From NCBI RefSeq assembly GCF_030144855.1, contig NC_082711.1:128278001-128342000 (forward strand): a stretch of 64,000 bases of DNA. The letters run 5' to 3'. This DNA comes from Hypanus sabinus (taxonomy: Eukaryota). The translations under genes and the position numbers were made by a program. Within the stretch, counting starts at the first letter, position 1; each line of letters opens with the position of its first letter. Below, one piece after another: positions 37,081-50,150 of the stretch. The notes under the pieces were generated by a model. It saw only the letters and a list, made by a program, of their open reading frames with translations. It made no database searches and was not told where the DNA came from.

Positions 37081-37510
37081 TGGCAATATAGATTGCACTC
37101 CTGTCATATGAGTGTCTGGGTGGCAATATAGATTGCACTCCTGTCATAGGAGTGTCCGGTTGGCAATATAGATTACACTCCTGTCATGCGAGTGTCCGGT
37201 TGGCAATATAGATTACACTCCTGTCATGCGAGTGTCCGGTTGGCAATATAGATTACACTCCTGTCATGCGAGTGTCCGGTTGGCAATATAGATTACACTC
37301 CTGTCATGGGAATGACTTCGTGGCAATATAGATTACATTCCTGTCATGGGAGTGTCCGGTTGGCAATATAGATTACACTCCTGTCATGGGAGTGTCCGGT
37401 TGGCAATATAGATTACATTCCTGTCATGGGAGTGTCCGGTTGGCAATATAGATTACACTCCTGTCATGGGAGTGTCCGGTTGGCAATATAGATTACACTC
37501 CTGTCATGGA
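37081..37510. repeat. 40-bp minisatellite, about 10.7 copies
   Basis: Unit tggcaatatagattacactcctgtcatg(c/g)gagtgtccggt repeated head-to-tail. Confidence 0.97.
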
Positions 37511-38857
37511 AATGTCTAGAATTACTTTCAGGTTAAGAGGCACCACAGTTCTGATGGAGATCAACATGGATGTTGGTATAAACCAGGTTTTAAATGGGGC
37601 TAGTGAAGCACAGCAACAACAATTAATTACTGTATTAAGTACAATTTTTCTCAAAAATTATCACAACAATCAATATCCTGTAACTTCCCTTTTGGAGTCA
37701 AGCTTTTGAACCACCTATATGACCAGACATCTTTGCAGTGTGAACTGATGTCTCAGGACAGATTTGGAAATGATTCGAAGCAGCAGAACTGAGGCGCAGG
37801 GCCTGGGCCCAACAGCAAGAAACAAGCTGATTTAAGCACTGGGCTAAACGGTAAAGGTCAGTTATGGCCGAATCACATTTCAGGCATGAGAGCGTATAAA
37901 AGTGGCAGGGCCCCAGGCAGGATTAAGCCCGGGGCTAGATTGAAAAGGTCAGGGTGTTGGGGCCGGTGGTGATGTTCAGCTTGCTTCTTCATGAGGTTTA
38001 CTCGTCTCTCCTAGATTGGCTGTTACTGACTTTGTGGCTGTTGTCCAACTTTCATGAACTTCAGTTCTGAATGTTGTTTATTTATTTTTATTGTTTGCAT
38101 GATTTGATTTTTTCCTGAATACTTGGTGTTTGATGGGTTCTACTGGCTTTTTGTTTTGTGGCTACCAGTAGGGTGATGCATCTCAGGGTTGTATATAGTA
38201 TACATACTTCAATAATAAAGGTACTTTGAACTTCCGCATAGAGCTGTAGGGATAGAATCATTGAGTACACTCTTGGTGGAGAATGACAGTCATTTAATTA
38301 CCATGAAGGGATGGGGAAAGCAGGAAAGCAGAGTTGAGGCCAAGTTTGAATCAGCCAAGAACTTGCTCAATGTCAGAGCAGGCTCAACAAGCAAATGGTC
38401 CACTCCCATTTCTGTTTCTATGACAACTGCAGCAAAAAAAAATACTCAATCAAAGCTGCTCCAAACTGACAACAGTGATGCCATGAATAAGGGACAGAAA
38501 TTGCAGCAGGAAATAATAAAAGTTACTCAGAACTCAAACAAAGGAAATGATTCGGTAGATTACCAGGTAGACAGGGCTGAGCATGATGAAGCAGACTGAC
38601 TACAGAGGCAGTGCAGAGGTTGGAAGAGGTGATCAGGAGTCACACAAAGCTCAACCTTGGTCTAGATAACATTGACAAGAAACAGAAGGGATACTTGCAA
38701 GAGTATAAAAATATGCAGAGCAAGGACAGATACATGGTCTAGCTGCTAAATTTATGCCTATGTGCCAGCAGACACTTTAATGATGTAACAGTACTAGGTA
38801 AGGCCCTATCCTGTGTCAAATGCTAAAATACTAAACAAAACAAATCACCACACTCAC

Positions 38858-38992
38858 CTGACAGCTCATTAGAAGCATAGCTTCTGTTTCTGTACCATAC
38901 ACCACAGAGAAGACTGGACAACATTCACATACGCTGCTATGTTCTGTGACATTGTATTCAAGAAGGGCTCGAAATTGCTGCACCGTCATCCC
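38858..38992 (-). CDS. RPAIN: RPAIN exon 6 (C-terminal zinc-finger region)
   Basis: cag|GGG...CAG|gtgagt. Encodes GMTVQQFRALLEYNVTEHSSVCECCPVFSVVYGTETEAMLLMSCQ. 135 nt. Confidence 0.92.
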
Positions 38993-39223
38993 CTGTAAGC
39001 AAACAGATGGAATCATCGTGGGGTAACAATAATGATCACGTAAACTCTTCAGTAAGTACTGGAAGTAGAGTTCACGCAAGAAACAAAGGTACGAACTTCT
39101 AGACATACAAAATGGATGTTTAGAGGTCAAATAGCTGATGTATTTTGACCATTAATGGACGGAATTTTCTATTCCCATGAAGGAAAGAAACTGAAGTTAG
39201 ATTGGTTTGTGCAAGAAGCTTAC

Positions 39224-39287
39224 CTGTGTATTAATGCACATTCCACATGAGCAAGTTATAACATCACTACTAACACTCAGGTAATTT
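39224..39287 (-). CDS. RPAIN: RPAIN exon 5
   Basis: tag|A...CAG|gtaagc. Encodes NYLSVSSDVITCSCGMCINTQ. 64 nt. Confidence 0.9.
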
Positions 39288-39431
39288 CTACAAAAAAAAA
39301 CATAGCTTTGGTTAGATTAATTTATTTCAGCATATAACATGTACATTAAAAAAGTATGGTTATCATATCAGATTTGCAATTCTGTCAAAATACGATCTAC
39401 TAGCTTTACCTTTATCCATTTTCCCCTAAAT

Positions 39432-39927
39432 ATAACCATATAACAATCACAGCACGGAAACAGGCCATCTCAGCCCTCCTAGTCAGTGCCAAACGCTTAA
39501 TCTCACCTAGTCCCACCTACCTGCACTCAGCCCATAACCCTCCACTCCTTTCCTGTCCATATACCTATCCAATTTTACCTTAAATGACACAACTGAACTG
39601 GCCTCTACTACTTCTACAGGAAGCTCATTCCACACAGCTATCACTCTCTGAGTAAAGAAATACCCCCTCGTGTTTCCCTTAAACCTCTGCCCCCTAACTC
39701 TCACATCATGTCCTCTCGTCTGAATCTCCCCTACTCTCAATGGAAACAGCCTATCCACTTCAACTCTATCTATCCCTCTCAAAATTTTAAATACCTCGAT
39801 CAAATCCCCCCTCAACCTTCTACGCTCCAATGAATAGAGACCTAACTTGTTCAACCTTTCTCTGTAACTTAATTGCTGAAACCCAGGTAACATCCTAGTA
39901 AATCGTCTCTGCACTCTCTCTAATTTA
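39432..39927 (-). mobile_element. Young CR1 3' end
   Basis: Open 135-aa ORF QRRFTRMLPGFQQLSYRERLNKLGLYSLERRRLRGDLIEVFKI..., followed by the tail. Confidence 0.9.
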
Positions 39928-40249
39928 TAACAGAGTGCAGTTCTAAACTTAAACTGGATTTCTGTTCAGGAAGGATTGTCCTAACAAATCACTGCAGAGC
40001 CTCTCCTCTAGAACTGACTGGAAGAACATGCTGAATGACGAATAGTTTCTCAGTTTTCCAGTTAGTTCACAGTACAAGTTGTTGTGTGAACTTTAGCACA
40101 TTGCAAAAGCCAAAAAAAAAAACAATACTGGGACATTATTTAAGCAACTGCTTACTAACTTCAGTTATAATAATTCCATTAACACAGAAGCAAGGAAGCC
40201 AAAAAGAGGTGGGCACAAATTAAACAACTATACCCACTAAGAGTAGTCC

Positions 40250-40435
40250 AATCTGAAGCAATACATACAAAATGCTAGAGGAACTCAGCAAATCAGGCAA
40301 TATCTATAAACTGTCAATGTTTCAGGCATTTCTTACTTATTGTGGCTCCTGTCTTCTTCTTTTCCAGTCCTAATGAAGGGTCTCAGCAAGAAACGTTGAC
40401 AGTTTATTCCCCTCCATAAATGCTGCCAGATTTCC
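40250..40435. mobile_element. Degenerate Penelope terminus pair (inverted) with decayed hammerhead
   Basis: aaaatgctagaggaactcagc... on one side and ccagtc-ctaatga-agggtctcagcaa-gaaacgtt-gacag on the other. Confidence 0.7.
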
Positions 40436-40711
40436 ACCATCCTAACTGTGAAGTAGTGCTTTCTGAGACCCCTTAAAACAGTCTAGCACTAACTTTAAAT
40501 TCAGATTTGTTTTTATTCTCAAACTCTTCAATTAGACTACTTCTAGCTTCTACATGGAATGCGAATCTAGTCTAGACAAACAAATTTTAGCCCTTTATCT
40601 GTTCTGCCCTCTCCATGGCTTGTCTGTTCTCCAAAAATGCAAAGCTAAAACTGAATGCACCTTTCTAACAGGAGCTTTTACCTTTTTATATTTCAATCTA
40701 TTTGAAACAAA

Positions 40712-40955
40712 TTTTTTTTTGTGTGCCATACTCTGCTAGAGCCTCGGCGACCACTTTTTTTCAAGTGGCTGTCTTGGAGGAAAGATTGTGCGAGTGGTCT
40801 CCCATGTCCTTCTCACAGCACAGTGTTTTTTTTTTTCATACAAGGCCGAGTTGTGAGCTCGACACTCAACCCGGCACGGATGGAAAGTGTGTCCGGGAGT
40901 GGCCCCACTGGATTCGAATTCAGGAACCTTCGCTCCAGAGTCCGGCGCTGATGTC
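40712..40955 (-). mobile_element. tRNA-derived SINE
   Basis: On the minus strand, a B-box-like GAATTCGAATCC near the 5' end and an oligo-A tail. Confidence 0.55.
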
Positions 40956-41017
40956 ACATAAAACATCCAGGAAATCATCCACAAATACAGTTCATAACCT
41001 ATTTCCAGAATACTCAC

Positions 41018-41132
41018 TTGTTACAAAGAGGGCACACGAGTTTGTCAGTATCATTAAGTCCTTCAATAATAGCATTCAAGCATGCATCATCGAAACGCAA
41101 ACTGGCCTCATACTCCTCTATGATGGCTTGTT
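41018..41132 (-). CDS. RPAIN: RPAIN exon 4
   Basis: tag|AA...AA|gtgagt. Encodes EQAIIEEYEASLRFDDACLNAIIEGLNDTDKLVCPLCN. 115 nt. Confidence 0.93.
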
Positions 41133-41982
41133 CTAAAGGGTGAAAAAGAAAAAACAAAAATCACTACTAGAATCATAATTGCTAATTTGTGTAAATCTTC
41201 CCTAAACTACAACCTTTTAGAAGCTCCTTATGGTTTATTCAAAATTTAAACAGTAAAGAGACAATTCTATTTTCTTCTGTTTATCTTGTTAATTCTATCA
41301 TTATATTTTGTTTTGCACCACCATTATCCCACCAACATACCACAAACTTCTTCCAATTCCTCCGCTGATATTGTTCTTTTTGTTATTCCAGTTTTGTGTT
41401 AATTCCCATATTTCATTTTAATACAAATTATGATTGTTTTTCAAGGGATGAAAGCACAATTATTTCTAATGTAAATAAATTTGCCACAGGTGAGAATGGT
41501 TTTATTTGTACCAGGGAAAGAGAGAGCTCTGTGGTGGGATGGGTTTCACCTGAACCTTGCCAGGACCAATATATTGATAAATTGCATAAATGGGGCTTTA
41601 AGCCAAATAGGAAGGAGAGTTCCAAGAACAGCTTGGTCAATAAATCAAGGGGAAATGATATAATGGTGCACAGGACAGTGAGGGGGAATTGACAAGCCAA
41701 GTGTGATAGAAAATGTAAAATGTATGTATCACAGAACAAATCCAGAGTCAGTAAAAGGTGTGTAAAAAAAATCAAAGCCTTCTCGGTCTTGACTTGAATG
41801 CATTTAGCATTTCCAATGAAATAGATGAGCTGACAGTTCAGATAGTAACATATGATACAACAGCCTTTCTGGACAGGACAACCATCTTCAGGTTATAAGC
41901 CGTTTCAAAAACACAGGTCCAAAGAGAAAGGAGGTAGGGTAGCAATGTTAATTTAAGTGGTATGGTTTATAAAAGCATCAAC

Positions 41983-42055
41983 CTTCACTGAGGAGTTCCT
42001 GTTCAATTTCTTCAAGCTCTGCCAATTCACTTATATTTTCCAGTGTATTCAGCAC
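41983..42055 (-). CDS. RPAIN: RPAIN exon 3
   Basis: tag|GTG...G|gttgat. Encodes VLNTLENISELAELEEIEQELLSE (human VLEEIQQELINQ). 73 nt, phase-compatible. Confidence 0.85.
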
Positions 42056-42214
42056 CTAGGTTTCAAACAAGAAAAAAGAAAACATTCAAAAAAATGAATA
42101 TACAAAAATGAACAAAGTAGAACCATAAAGTTAAAACAAAGCCAATATATTCCTTGATGCAGGTACTAAGAAAATGCACTCTCAGAGCAGGCAACGAAAG
42201 TGATAATCAAAAAA

Positions 42215-42750
42215 TAGAAAATCTGCAGCTGCTGGAAATTCAAGCAACACTCACAAAATGCTAGAGGAACTCAGCAACATCTATGGAAAAGAGTATAGTC
42301 AATGTTTCAGGCTGAGACCCTTCATCAGGACTGGAAAAAAGATGAGTAAGAAAGTGAGGGGAGGGGAGGAAAGGAAGTACCACAGGGTGATTGGTGAAAC
42401 TGGGGGGGGGGGGGGGGGTGTGGAACAAGTTGGGAAGTTGATTGGTTAAAGAAATACAGGGCTGGAGAAGGGGGAATCTGACAGAAGGCAGAAGGCCATG
42501 GAAGGGGGTGGGGCACCAAAGGGAGGGAGATGGAAGGCTGGTAAAGAGATAAGGTGAGAGGAAAATGGGAGTAGGGAATGTTGAGGGGGGAGTATTACTG
42601 GAAGTTTGAGTAATCAACGTTCATGCTATCAGGTTGGAGGAGCAACACCTTATAATCCCTCTGGGTAGTCTCCAACCTGATGGCATGAACATCGATTTCT
42701 CGAACTTCTGGTTGCACCAACCCCCCCCACCACCCCCCCCCCCCCCACTT
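42215..42750 (-). mobile_element. Penelope-like 3' fragment with internal inversion and decayed hammerhead
   Basis: Minus strand CAGTC-CTGATGA-AGGGTCTCAGCCT-GAAACATT-GACTA at about 42296-42333. 42640-42710 is a plus-strand GIY-YIG end (QPDGMNIDFSNF). Confidence 0.8.
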
Positions 42751-44546
42751 CACCTAGCATGAATTTATAGAAAATTGATATTTAAGTATGATTAGTGAAA
42801 ATACATGGATGGTGGCCAGCACTGATTTAGTAGGCCAAAGGGTCCATTTCTGGGCTGTATCTTTCTACAACTCCATTTCAACTGAGTTAATCCACTCAAA
42901 CAGCCCTGTGTGAAATAAATGTTGTTCAAAATAACCAGTGAAAACTGCAGATGCTGGGACTTGGGGTGGGGGCAGTGTGGAGAGTGCTAGAGACAGTCAG
43001 CAGGTCAGGCAGCAGCAGAATCACAGTCATTCAGCAAATAATTAAGCCCAACGTCCTCCTCGACCATTAAGTGCTCATTTATGTTAATTCTATAATAATC
43101 CCATTTTATTTGTCCCGCATCAGCACAAGTCTCCCAGCTTCTGTCACTTACCCACATAGTAAGGTCATTTATAGTAGCCAATTAACCTGACATACACCTC
43201 TCTGGGAGATGGGAAAATCAACAGCACTTGGGGGAGACGGAGAATGGGGCACCCAGTCACTACCCAAGGTCAAGATTAATCCTTGGTCACCAGAGCTCAA
43301 GCAGCAGCTCTACACCACAGTGCCACCTACTCTGTGGAAAGAGAAGCAGAGCTTGGAAACCTGTCATCAGAACAGGGTCAGATTCTGTATACATTGCCCA
43401 ATTATATGAAAATTAAGAAACTACAGACGTTGACAATCTAGCCTCACCCAATCAGACATCCCTGTGTCCAATACACAAGATGTTGGAGGAACCCAGTAGT
43501 TCAGGCAATATGAAGACAGTTTTTATTGCAGTCATCTCCCCTCCAGCTTTCAATCCAGGTGAAGGGTCTTGACCTGAAACATTAACAATCCCTCTTTGCT
43601 CCACAGGTGCTGCCGACTCCATTCCCTTTTCAATCCATCTTTCCAACATCTCCTCCACAACTTCAAACTAATTTGTATTCTCTCATTCCCGATTCTGACA
43701 GAGTCTTCAACTTGAAATATAACTGTGTTTCTCTTTCTACAGATGCTGCCTGACCTGCCCAAGCTGATGGTTGCAGAATCAATTAAGGCACTTAAGACAA
43801 AAAGTGATAGCAGCAAGAGAAACAAGAACAGAGAATTGACTTTAAAAGGATAAAGATCTGGCAAGCATAAAAAAACTCAGGCAAACAATGGGAAAGTTTA
43901 AAAAATATTTCTTACACAGTAAGGGAATTCTAAACTATTATAAACCAACACTATTGTTCCCATCAGACATTCACTATTATTGCTGCTCAGAACTAACTGG
44001 GACAGATCCTCTGTCAAGGTCTACACAGACCTTTCAATGTATCTGTAACTAGTCTCACTTACAACAAATATTGCTGCACAACTTCATGCTCAGTACAGCT
44101 ACATTGAAAGGAGAACTGTGCTCCCTCTGGACCCTGCTATGTGGCTAACGACTTGCAGAGTAGTATTTGGTCCTGTAAACATATCAAAACAGTAATGTAT
44201 CAAGCTGAATAAGACTGTACTGAAATATCAGACTGGTCCTCAAGATATTTCAATGAAACATTAAATCAATACAAATTCAATTAATACACATCTAGAGTTC
44301 TTCATTCCTTACAAATCAAAATATTTGTTACAGGACATATGCATTAATTGTTGATTACTGAAAGATTAAGACTTGAAACACACTGCAAGTATATTTGTTG
44401 CTCTTATTTCATAAGTGGTAAGGACTCAGAGGACATTGAGGGCAGAGGCCCTATAATTTATGAGTATAATTTATCATACTTGTACAATAATCTCAAAACC
44501 AACAAAATAGGATTTAATCAATCCAGTAGTTTGTAAATTATCAAAC

Positions 44547-44735
44547 CTCTGACAAACTCCCCTTCTTCCACAGTGATGGTAGATGTGTGTCCAGTGCCTT
44601 CAGGGCTATCCATTCTTCTTCCATCACTTCCCGCACAAGGAAGGTCTCCTGTAAGTTACAACCCGAATTATTTCCCATGTGCCTGTACCTTTCCAACAGC
44701 TTTGCTCGGCTGCTCTTCAGTCTTGCAACACACCT
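44547..44735 (-). CDS. RPAIN: RPAIN exon 2
   Basis: tag|AGG...GAG|gtttga. Encodes RCVARLKSSRAKLLERYRH...FLVREVMEEEWIALK...KKGSLSE. 189 nt. Confidence 0.9.
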
Positions 44736-45214
44736 CTATCAAAGGAGAAGAAGATTAACACTCATCATAAATGCTTCATACAGCAAATGAACAAAAATCT
44801 AAAATACACACACACACACACACACCACACACAGTCACCTAGAAATTTACTGCTGAAGCCAAGAAAAGGACTATTAAAATATTTGTTTTAAATCTGGTCA
44901 CTTCTGGAGCTTGGCTTGGACTGAGTGATACACATGGTGTATCCATCACCTGGTGGGTAATCATGGTAGTTATGCAGAGGTGGCAAATTTCCATCAGCAG
45001 CACTCTGCCACAGTAACTCACTATTCCCGCCCCTTCTTCATACCTTTGCAAATTTTCCCTCAGTGTTTATCCACTTCCCTCTTCTAAGTTATAACAAACT
45101 TCAGTTGAATCTGAATGCAGAACATTCCAGATTCCAACACACTACATAAAAGTAGTTCCTCATGTCACTCTTAACTCACATTCACTTTGATAGTAATTTT
45201 ACTCACTAAGTTTA

Positions 45215-46133
45215 TTTGTATCCAACTCCAATGTCTCCGGCAACTCATTGCAGATATTCAGCACCATGTTCAAAGTAACCATATGTACGTCACCATATAC
45301 ATCTGAGATTATTTTCTTGTGGGCACATTCAATCCATAGAATAACAACCATAATAGAATCTATGAAAGACCGCACCAACTTGAACATTCAACTAGAGTGT
45401 AAAAGACAACAAACTGAGCAAATACAAAAGAAAAGAAATAAACAGAGAAATTCAGATGAAGAGTCATTGAAAGTGTGTAGATCGGATATGGGAACAGTCC
45501 AATGATGGGGGCAAGTGAAGCTGAATGAAGTTACCTCTTTGGTTCAACATCCTGATGGTTGTGGGGTGGTAACAGTTCCTGAACCTGGTGGTGAGTCTTG
45601 AGGCTGGTGTACCTTTTTCCTGATGGCAGCAGCAAGAAGGGATCACGTCCTGGGTGCTAGAGGTCCCCATGATAAATGCTGCTTTCCTGCGACAGCATTT
45701 CATGTAATTGTGCTCAATGTTGGGGAGGGCTTTACCCATGATAGACTAGGCCTTTTTGTAGGAATTTCCATTCAAGGGCATTGGAGTTTCCATACCAGGC
45801 TATGAAGGAGCCAGTTAATATACTCTCCACTACACACCTATAATAGTCCGTCAAAATTTTAGATGTCATGCCAAATGTTCACTAACTCCTAAGGAACTAA
45901 AGGTGCTGCTGTGCTTTCCTCGTAACTGCACTTCCAGAACAGGCCCTCCAAAATAATAGCACTGTGGAATTTAAAGTTGCTAACCTATTCCACCTCTGAT
46001 CCTCCAATAAGTTCTGGCTCATGGACCACTGATTGCATGCTTCGGAATTCAATAATCAACTCCTTGGTCATGCTGACATTGAGTAAGAGGTTGGTGTTGT
46101 GGCATCACTCAGCCAGATTTTCAATCTCCCTCC
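45215..46133 (-). mobile_element. Rex1/Babar LINE 3' fragment
   Basis: Decayed homologue of the copies at 50605-51403 and 60080-60935. Confidence 0.7.
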
Positions 46134-46357
46134 TAAATGGTGCGAGAATCATCAATTCTTATACCATGGCAAGAGCAAGCACAGCAACAAGACTCACGGT
46201 GGTCATCCTGCATCAGCAAGGTCTCTCCAAACAGAAATTTTGCAGCAGGAAAGACTTTCAAGATGTGCTGACCAAGCTCTTCTGAAGAAACGGGCAAGGT
46301 TGAGGACCAGAAGCACGGCAGTCAACTACGGAAACTGAGTGCAGTTGATGGGATATT

Positions 46358-48565
46358 TAGTTGCAAGAAAAAGTTTGTGAACCCTTTCAAATTGACTGGT
46401 TTTCTGCATTAATCACTCATAAAATTTGGTTTGATCTTCATCTAAGTCACAATAATAGACAAGCACAATCTGCCTAAACTAATAACGCACGAACAATTGT
46501 ACTTTTGTGTCTTCATTGAACACATTGTTTAATCATTTACAGTCCAAGCTGGAAAAAGTATGTGAACCCTTGTATTTAATAATTGGCAGAACCTCCTTTA
46601 GCAGCAGTAACCTCCACCAAATGTTTCCTGTAGCTGCTGATCAGACTTGCACAATGGTGAGGAGGAATTTTAGACCATTCCTCCATACAAAACGATTTCA
46701 GTTCATCAATATCTCTGGGATATCTTGCATGAACATCCCTCTTCAGGTCAGTCACAGCATCCCAATTGGATTAAGCTATGGACTCCGACTTGGCCATTCC
46801 AAAGTATGAATTTTCTTTTGTTTTAATTTATTCCATTTACAGGATTTGGGCATCGCCATCTAAGCCAGCACTTATTGCCCATCCCTAGTTTCCCTCAAGG
46901 AGGTGGTGATGAGCTGTCTTTTTGAACCGCTGCAATCCCTGAGCTGTAGGTACACCCACAATTCTGTTAGGGAGGGAATTCCATGATTTTGACCCAGCGA
47001 CAATGAAGGAACAGTGTTGCGTTTCCAAGTCAGGATGGTGAGTGACTTGGAGAGGGAGTTCCAAGTGGTGGCATTCTCAGGTATCTGTTGTTCATGTCTT
47101 TCTAGATGGTAGTGGTTGTTGGTCAGGAAGGTGCTGCCTTAGGAACTTTGGTGTGTTGTTGCTGTGCATCTTGTAAATAGGACACACTGCTGCAGCTGTT
47201 TGTCGATGGTGGAGGGATTGGATGCTTGTGGAAGGGGTACCAATCAAGTGGGCTCCCTTGCACTGGATGGTGTCAGGTTTTGAGTGTTGATGGAGCTGCA
47301 CTCATCCAGGTGAGTGGTGAGTATTCCATTACACTCCTGACCTGAGCCTTGTAGATGGTGGACAGGCTTTGGGGAGTCAGGAGGTGAGTTACATGCTGCA
47401 GAATTCCTACACTTTGACCTGCTCTGGTAGCCAGTGTTTATATAGCAAGACCAGTTCATTTTCCTGACATTGGCAGCCCATAGGATGTTGATAGTAGGGG
47501 ATTCAGTGATGGTGATGCTATTGAATGTCAAGGGACAATAGTTAGAGCCTCTCTTGTTGGAGATGGTCATTGTCTGGCACTTGCGTGGCTCGAATGTTAT
47601 TTGCCACTTATTAGCCCAAGCCTGGATATTGTCCAGGCTTTTAAACCATTCTGGTGTTGATTTCTCTTATGTTTCAGACCATTGTCTTGTTGCATCATCC
47701 AACTTCTATTAAGCTTCAGGTGACGGACAGTACCCTGACATTTTCCTGTAAAATGTCGATACAATTTTGAATTAATTGTCCCAACAATTGCAAGCAGTCC
47801 AGGTCCTGAGGCAGCAAAGCAGTCCCAAACCATGATGCACCCTCCCACATGTTTCACAGTTGGGATGAGTTTTGGTGTTGGTGTGCTGGCCCTTTCTCTT
47901 CAAACACAGCAGTTTGAATTTCTGCCAATAAGTTCAAGTGTTGTCTCATCTGTCCATAGAACATTGTTCCGGAATCTTGTAGAACATCTAGAGGGTCTTT
48001 TGCAAACCTGAGATGTGCAGCAATGTTTTATTTTGGAGAGCAGTGATTTCCTCCATGGTACCCTTCCATGAACACCATTCTTCTTCAGTGTTTTCCTTAT
48101 AGTGGATACATAATCAGAGACTTTAGGAAGTTCTAGAGATTTCTGGAGGTCTTTAGTTTCTTTTTCATCTCCTCCAGCATCGCATATTGTGCTCTCAGTG
48201 TGATCTCTGCAGGACCCCCACTCCTAGGGAGAGTAGAATAGTACTGAATTTCCTCCATTTGTAGACAATTTCTCTTACTGTGATGAACACTCAGGTCTTT
48301 AGAAATGCTTTTGTAGCCTTTTCCAGCTTCATGCATCTCTACAATTCTTCTTTTAAGGTCCTTTGAATATTGTTTGGATAGAGGCATGGTGCACATAAAC
48401 AGATCCTTCTTGAGAAGTAACCAGACTTTGTGTGTCTTTTTTATAGGGCAGGACACCTCTACAACCCAGATCTCCAATCTTATCTTATTGATTGGAACAC
48501 CTGACTCCAAATAGCTTATATAGCAGGCATTAGCCCAGAGGGTCACATAATTTTTCTTGCAACTG
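46358..48565 (-). mobile_element. Tc1 element B (degenerate, full-length with TIRs), containing a LINE insertion at about 46830-47640
   Basis: TIRs (t)AGTTGCAAGAAAAAGT and TTTTTCTTGCAACTG. Peptides MPLSKQYSKDLKRRIVEMHEAGKGYKSISK, KHVGGCIMVWDCFAASGPG and MQQDNGLKH. Internal direct repeat aaaaagt.tgtgaaccc near 46553. Confidence 0.88.
46830..47640 (-). mobile_element. CR1/L2-group LINE 3' fragment (different family from the dominant CR1)
   Basis: MTISNKRGSNYCPLTFNSITITESPTINIL RT C-terminal peptide. Tail ggcaataagtgctggc. Confidence 0.75.
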
Positions 48566-48653
48566 CACATCAAACTGATGTCCCTTTGAAAATCAAAAGT
48601 AGTCCAGCTCTTCTATCTGCTCTGAACTCACAGATACCACTGGAACATAAATA

Positions 48654-50150
48654 CCATAAATTCCAGTGTATAAGCCGACCACCCATTTTCAAGGTTAAAA
48701 AAGTGACTTTTTCATTTTAACTTTGTATAAGCCGACCCCTTTTGTAGATTTTTGATTTAACCAGAAAAGATTACGAGATCTCACATGCCGGTACTCAGTT
48801 TTGCCGGATCCGGAACCTGGAAATTTTGTGAACTGCTAAGAAAACAGGCCTACACATTGTAGAGCGTTATAAGTGCATTCTTAATAAATAAATCAGGGAG
48901 GGAAGTTTTGGATTAGGTTCCCAATGGTAAAAAATCCTCTGAAATGTAACACCTGTGAAACCATTTAGTGCCCATCGTAATCTCGTTATAACCTGACACA
49001 GGGTGGCAGGATCAGTACATGTACTCGGTATTGAGTTTGTGACCACCACGTACAAAAGATTAAGACAAATGCAATATGATGCTGGCTTCAAGCTGAAGGT
49101 TGTTGATTTTACTGAAGGAACGAATAATTCTGCAGCTGCTAAGAAGTTTAGTGTAAATGAGAGAGAGTGAGAGAGTGGAGAAAGGCAGAGGACACACTAA
49201 GGGAAATGCCAAAGACGAAGTGTGCAAACCACGGAAAGACATGCCAGCGGCCAGAACTGGAAGAAAAACTTTTAGAGTGGGTGAATCACCAGCAATCATC
49301 TGGATACATTGTCACCAGACAAATGATTTGAGTTCAAGCAGTGAAATGGGTCGAAAAACACCGTGAGGTCAGCGAAAATTTCAAAGCTACACGAAGTTGG
49401 TGCACCCGATTTATGAATAGACATGATCTTGTGTTGAGACAAAAAACAAAGATTGCTCAGAAGTTGCTGAGCGACCTTGAGAACAAGATTATGGCCTTCC
49501 AATCATTTGTAACCAAGCATCAGAAGGCACATTCTTAACCACTCTCACAGATTGGTAACGTGGATGAGACACCGATTTTCTTTGATTTTGCTGGCAACTG
49601 CACTGTCAATCAGAAGGGGGAGAAAACGGTCCTTATCAAAACAACTGGATACGAGAAGCAACATTTTACTGTTGTGTTAACGTGTACGGCTGATGGGACC
49701 AAACTACCACCGATGATGATTTTTAAAGAGGAAAACATTCCCAAAGAAAGAAAAATTCCCGTGTATTGTTTGGTAGCCAGTAAAGCTGCAACTGACGATG
49801 TCGAAGCAGACATTGACAATCCTTACGATGATATGGTGACTGCCGAAGAATGGGACGCAATTTTCAAAGAGTCAGATAATTAAGTGTGTGAGAGTTTCAA
49901 GCTCTGAATGTTTGATGACAACAGTGTGTACAAGTAAATTGAGAAACAATGTGTTTTGTAGATCTTTTCTTTTGTGTAGATTTCATAAGCATTTGTATTT
50001 TCTTTTTATTTGACTCAAAAACAGCCAATACAACCTGTCTTCTGTGTATTCGTTTTTCCAAAGTTGGCACCCTCTGTATAAACAAACCCCCTAATTTTAG
50101 GACCAAAATTTAAGGACTAAATTCTCAGCTTACACACTGGAATTTACAGG
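48654..50150 (+). mobile_element. pogo-family (POGK/Passer-like) transposon: Brinker-type DBD, CENP-B HTH and DDE start; internally deleted
   Basis: TIRs ta|CCATAAATTCCAGTGTATAAGCCGA and TCAGCTTACACACTGGAATTTACAGG. Peptides YDAGFKLKVV, FKATRSWCTRFMNRHDLVLRQKT and IGNVDETPIFFD...GYEKQHFTVVLTCTADGTKLPPMMIFK. Confidence 0.88.

Noticed and set aside
37081-37510. CRISPR-like array of palindromic repeats
   Set aside because: Units are contiguous with no unique spacers, there are no cas genes, and the context is a vertebrate intron. It is a minisatellite.
38261-38599. 112-aa ORF antisense to an RPAIN intron
   Set aside because: Non-ATG start; composed of decayed CR1 tail and RT-like sequence.
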